This document shows positions 62,476 through 64,000 of a stretch of DNA of 64,000 bases, piece by piece; within the stretch, counting starts at the first letter, position 1, and every line of letters starts with the position of its first letter. The notes beneath the pieces were generated by a model. The model ran no database searches. It was not told where the DNA came from and saw only the letters and a list, made by a program, of their open reading frames with translations. The DNA is from a virus. Taxonomy: Duplodnaviria; Caudoviricetes. The stretch is from the IMG/VR virus record IMGVR_UViG_3300047321_000298, positions 128,001-192,000 of that record; one strand, given 5' to 3'. Position numbers and translations under genes: made by a program.

Positions 62476-62546
62476 AAATACAAAAACCCTAATTTGATGA
62501 GCATGGGGCAGAAGTTGCCCCGCTCACTCTTTAGGAGCGTACTGCC

Positions 62547-63041
62547 ATGAGTTTCAACATCACAGCAATCAAAAAAGCGCTGGCTGATGCCGGTTACGAA
62601 GTCTCGAAGGTTGAGGGCATGCTCTCAACCGACTTCAAACACCTGCTGACGTTCGCTCACTTTCAATTCGGTTTGTCACCTGCCCAGGTTGGGTACGGCT
62701 TGGCTTATCCCGAAACCATCACCACCGATTTCCCCGGTCACCCGAACGCGACTTCCGCGCCGGTAGCTGCGGCTGTTGCCGAATCAGCACCTGTAGCCCC
62801 CGAAGCGCCGGTTGAAGCCCCGCAACCTGTTGCTGCGCCTGTTGCAGAAACTGCTGCTGAGACCCCGGCTCCGGAAGCTGCTCAGGAAACGCAAACCCCG
62901 GCCGCAGAAAACACCCAAGCTCCAGAAGCTGCTGAACAGGCCGATGCTGCACAGGAACCTGCTCAGGACGCTGAAGAAAAGCCCGCAGCAGCAGCGGAAG
63001 GCGCTACTGAACAAACGCAGAGCGAAGAAACCGCTAGCTAA
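62547..63041 (+). CDS. acidic Ala/Glu/Pro-rich protein (possible scaffold/internal core)
   Basis: AGGAG RBS; low-complexity APEAA-type C-terminal half. Confidence 0.75.
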   Translation: MSFNITAIKKALADAGYEVSKVEGMLSTDFKHLLTFAHFQFGLSPAQVGYGLAYPETITTDFPGHPNATSAPVAAAVAESAPVAPEAPVEAPQPVAAPVAETAAETPAPEAAQETQTPAAENTQAPEAAEQADAAQEPAQDAEEKPAAAAEGATEQTQSEETAS

Positions 63042-63052
63042 TCGGAGAACGT

Positions 63053-63454
63053 ATGACAGCGAAAGTTATAGGCAATCGCTCAGCATACTTCCGTGGCGGT
63101 TCAGATGGTATCGGACGGCGCAATCTGCCGGACGGCAACATCGGATGGGTTGGCGTCACCTCGAATACTCAGGGTGATGTCGCCTATCTCTCGGCTGTGG
63201 ATGTAACGAGCAATGACCGCCCCTTCCTAGGTTATTCACTTCAGGCAGTTGGGCACGTGGTTACGGTCGAGTTCACCCTGCAGAATTCAGGCTTGGCTAC
63301 GGACCCCGATCCGAGCGTGCAGGCCAGCGTGGCGTGGTGCAACTCAACCACTGTGACCCCGGGCACTGTCACACCGATCACGTTCCCCTTTTCTGCGCTA
63401 AAGATCACGTTCTCAGGCGGTGCAGGCACTGAGTGCTACGTCGTTTGCCGCTGA
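63053..63454 (+). CDS. hypothetical beta-rich (probable virion) protein
   Basis: GGAG RBS. Confidence 0.7.
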   Translation: MTAKVIGNRSAYFRGGSDGIGRRNLPDGNIGWVGVTSNTQGDVAYLSAVDVTSNDRPFLGYSLQAVGHVVTVEFTLQNSGLATDPDPSVQASVAWCNSTTVTPGTVTPITFPFSALKITFSGGAGTECYVVCR

Positions 63455-63470
63455 TCGGAGTACGTAAATC

Positions 63471-64000
63471 ATGGCAAAAATCCCACAGGCGTTTGCAAAC
63501 GCACTCTCAAAGCAGAAAGCAGCACCCACCGTCTACGTCCCGCAGAAACCAGACGCGACGATGGAAGACATGATGGATTCCCATTCGGTCGGCACGATGT
63601 CTCAGGGTGTAGAGACATTCGACGCTGAGCGGGAACCCGGAAAAATTCAGCAAATGAATAACCCGGACGGTGAAGAGCGCGGCAAGATGGATTTCGAAAC
63701 CTGGCTGCCATTCGCAGCTAAGGTCTACAAGATCAGCCCGCGTATCGAAGACTACATCATCGTCAACACGCTGATCTGTCCTTCAGACATTCCGAACCGA
63801 AACGGTATTGCGTTCCCCGCGACCGAACTCGGACGTTTTCTCCCACCGCCGATGAATCGCATGGTTTACAAGGCGTGGGCCGGATGTCCCGTGCATCTGG
63901 AGCATGACAACGAAGTGCACGAAAAAGCGTACGGCGTGATTCTTGACGCAGCCTTGATGAAGGTTGCGGGTTTCGGTGGCGGAAAGCTCTGGAAGGTTAT
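63471..64000 (+). CDS. putative prohead/capsid maturation protease-like protein, truncated at window end
   Basis: GGAG RBS; open to the window end; hand translation gives PNRNG.AF...EL and YKAWAGCPVHLEHDN....AYGVILDA, resembling jumbo-phage prohead proteases. Confidence 0.55.
   Translation, partial: MAKIPQAFANALSKQKAAPTVYVPQKPDATMEDMMDSHSVGTMSQGVETFDAEREPGKIQQMNNPDGEERGKMDFETWLPFAAKVYKISPRIEDYIIVNTLICPSDIPNRNGIAFPATELGRFLPPPMNRMVYKAWAGCPVHLEHDNEVHEKAYGVILDAALMKVAGFGGGKLWKV

Noticed and set aside
1-64000. tRNA genes, integrase/transposase, stop-codon reassignment
   Set aside because: No cloverleaf with T-loop and CCA seen in the gaps; no recombinase or transposase motifs; known enzymes translate full-length with the standard code

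Overview
A 64-kb segment of a large lytic (jumbo-type) tailed phage genome. Essentially all genes are on the + strand and densely packed, and I found no integrase, transposase, tRNA or CRISPR array. Host and lineage are inferred only (possibly a beta-proteobacterial jumbo myovirus of the RSL1/BcepSauron type; not verified). Layout: (i) clusters of small hypothetical early genes (1-10 kb, 17-20 kb, 42-46 kb) driven by 15 copies of a sigma70-like TTGACG-N16/17-TA(T/C/A)AAT promoter/leader cassette; (ii) metabolic and counter-defence genes: TelA-vWA-DUF475-TerD stress cluster, RtcB plus metallophosphoesterase, NAD-dependent ligase, NadM-Nudix plus NAMPT NAD salvage, Thg1, RlaP-like nucleotidyltransferase, Gp49/66-domain protein, PC4-like, MazG-like, dCMP deaminase, several preceded by a second, bipartite AAA-N13-(A/C)GTAAATA motif; (iii) from ~46.5 kb a virion/morphogenesis region (neck-like, PKD, HNH, giant SNF2-like helicase, truncated prohead-protease-like gene). 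Best leads: a cluster of enzyme effectors (zeta-toxin-like kinase, Nudix, two HExxH zincins) sharing an N-terminal AAxRLxA peptide that may be a capsid-loading tag; two ~300-nt hairpin-dense intergenic regions that look like structured ncRNAs (6.07-6.4 kb, 26.75-27.05 kb); and a three-tier promoter code readable directly from the sequence. All family assignments are motif recognition from memory; no database searches were run.
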